Positions 25,796 to 25,810 of a stretch of DNA of 25,810 nt are shown piece after piece; the first letter of the stretch is position 1; each line of letters begins with the position of its first letter. The notes below the pieces were generated by a model, which saw only the letters and a list, made by a program, of their open reading frames with translations, did no database searches and was not told where the DNA came from. Source of the stretch: an uncultured Erysipelotrichaceae bacterium (GTDB taxonomy: Bacteria > Bacillota_I > Bacilli_A > Erysipelotrichales > Erysipelotrichaceae). The translations under genes and the position numbers were made by a program. Where the stretch lies: contig CAYNZZ010000016.1 in NCBI GenBank assembly GCA_964401865.1, positions 1-25,810 of the forward strand, in the 5' to 3' direction.

Positions 25796-25810
25796 AATTA
25801 CCCGGCGATG

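Noticed and set aside
1-25810. Mollicute-type genetic code (TGA = Trp), considered because of the low GC content
   Set aside because: Long ORFs (up to 1195 aa) are intact under the standard code with Trp encoded by TGG. TGA also functions as a stop, for example for the Cys-rich gene (983-985), tsaE and the Ntn-hydrolase.
1-25810. CRISPR arrays, tRNA, rRNA or intact IS/transposon
   Set aside because: No regularly spaced repeats, no cloverleaf-compatible sequences and no rRNA-like conserved blocks were seen. The only transposase signal is the truncated IS3 stump.
25796-25810. 3' end of a further minus-strand gene at the right edge
   Set aside because: Only ~15 nt are available, with possible stops at TAA or TAG just before the terminator hairpin. 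That is too little sequence to call.

Overview
AT-rich chromosomal segment using the standard code (TGA is a stop, Trp is TGG). Gene content and local synteny look like Bacillota (Bacilli or Erysipelotrichia-like), but the taxon cannot be fixed from sequence alone. Almost every supported gene is on the minus strand, in tight and often translationally coupled operons. In transcription order (right to left): (1) an Ntn-hydrolase (glycosylasparaginase-like) followed by tsaE-tsaB-rimI-tsaD; (2) rex-asnS-ABC-F ATPase, preceded by a candidate Rex operator; (3) oppABCDF, with a near-consensus promoter and an internal hairpin after oppA; (4) a small ORF with no clear start; (5) HAD(Cof)-nagA-sepF; (6) a ZIP metal transporter; (7) rpsO; (8) TetR, a MacB-type ABC ATPase, a 1195-aa double-FtsX permease and desulfoferrodoxin. 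Only the left ~2.2 kb looks accessory or decayed. It holds the 5' end of a DUF5131 (phage Gp37/Gp68) gene, frameshift-like mini-ORFs, a Cys-rich ORF coupled to a 4-TM ORF that I cannot assign to a family, a small zinc-ribbon gene and an IS3-family transposase remnant. I found no CRISPR array, tRNA, rRNA or intact mobile element, and no convincing complete novel multi-gene system. The best candidate for something undescribed is the Cys-rich/4-TM gene pair at 540-1466. The other findings are regulatory or architectural oddities of otherwise ordinary housekeeping loci.
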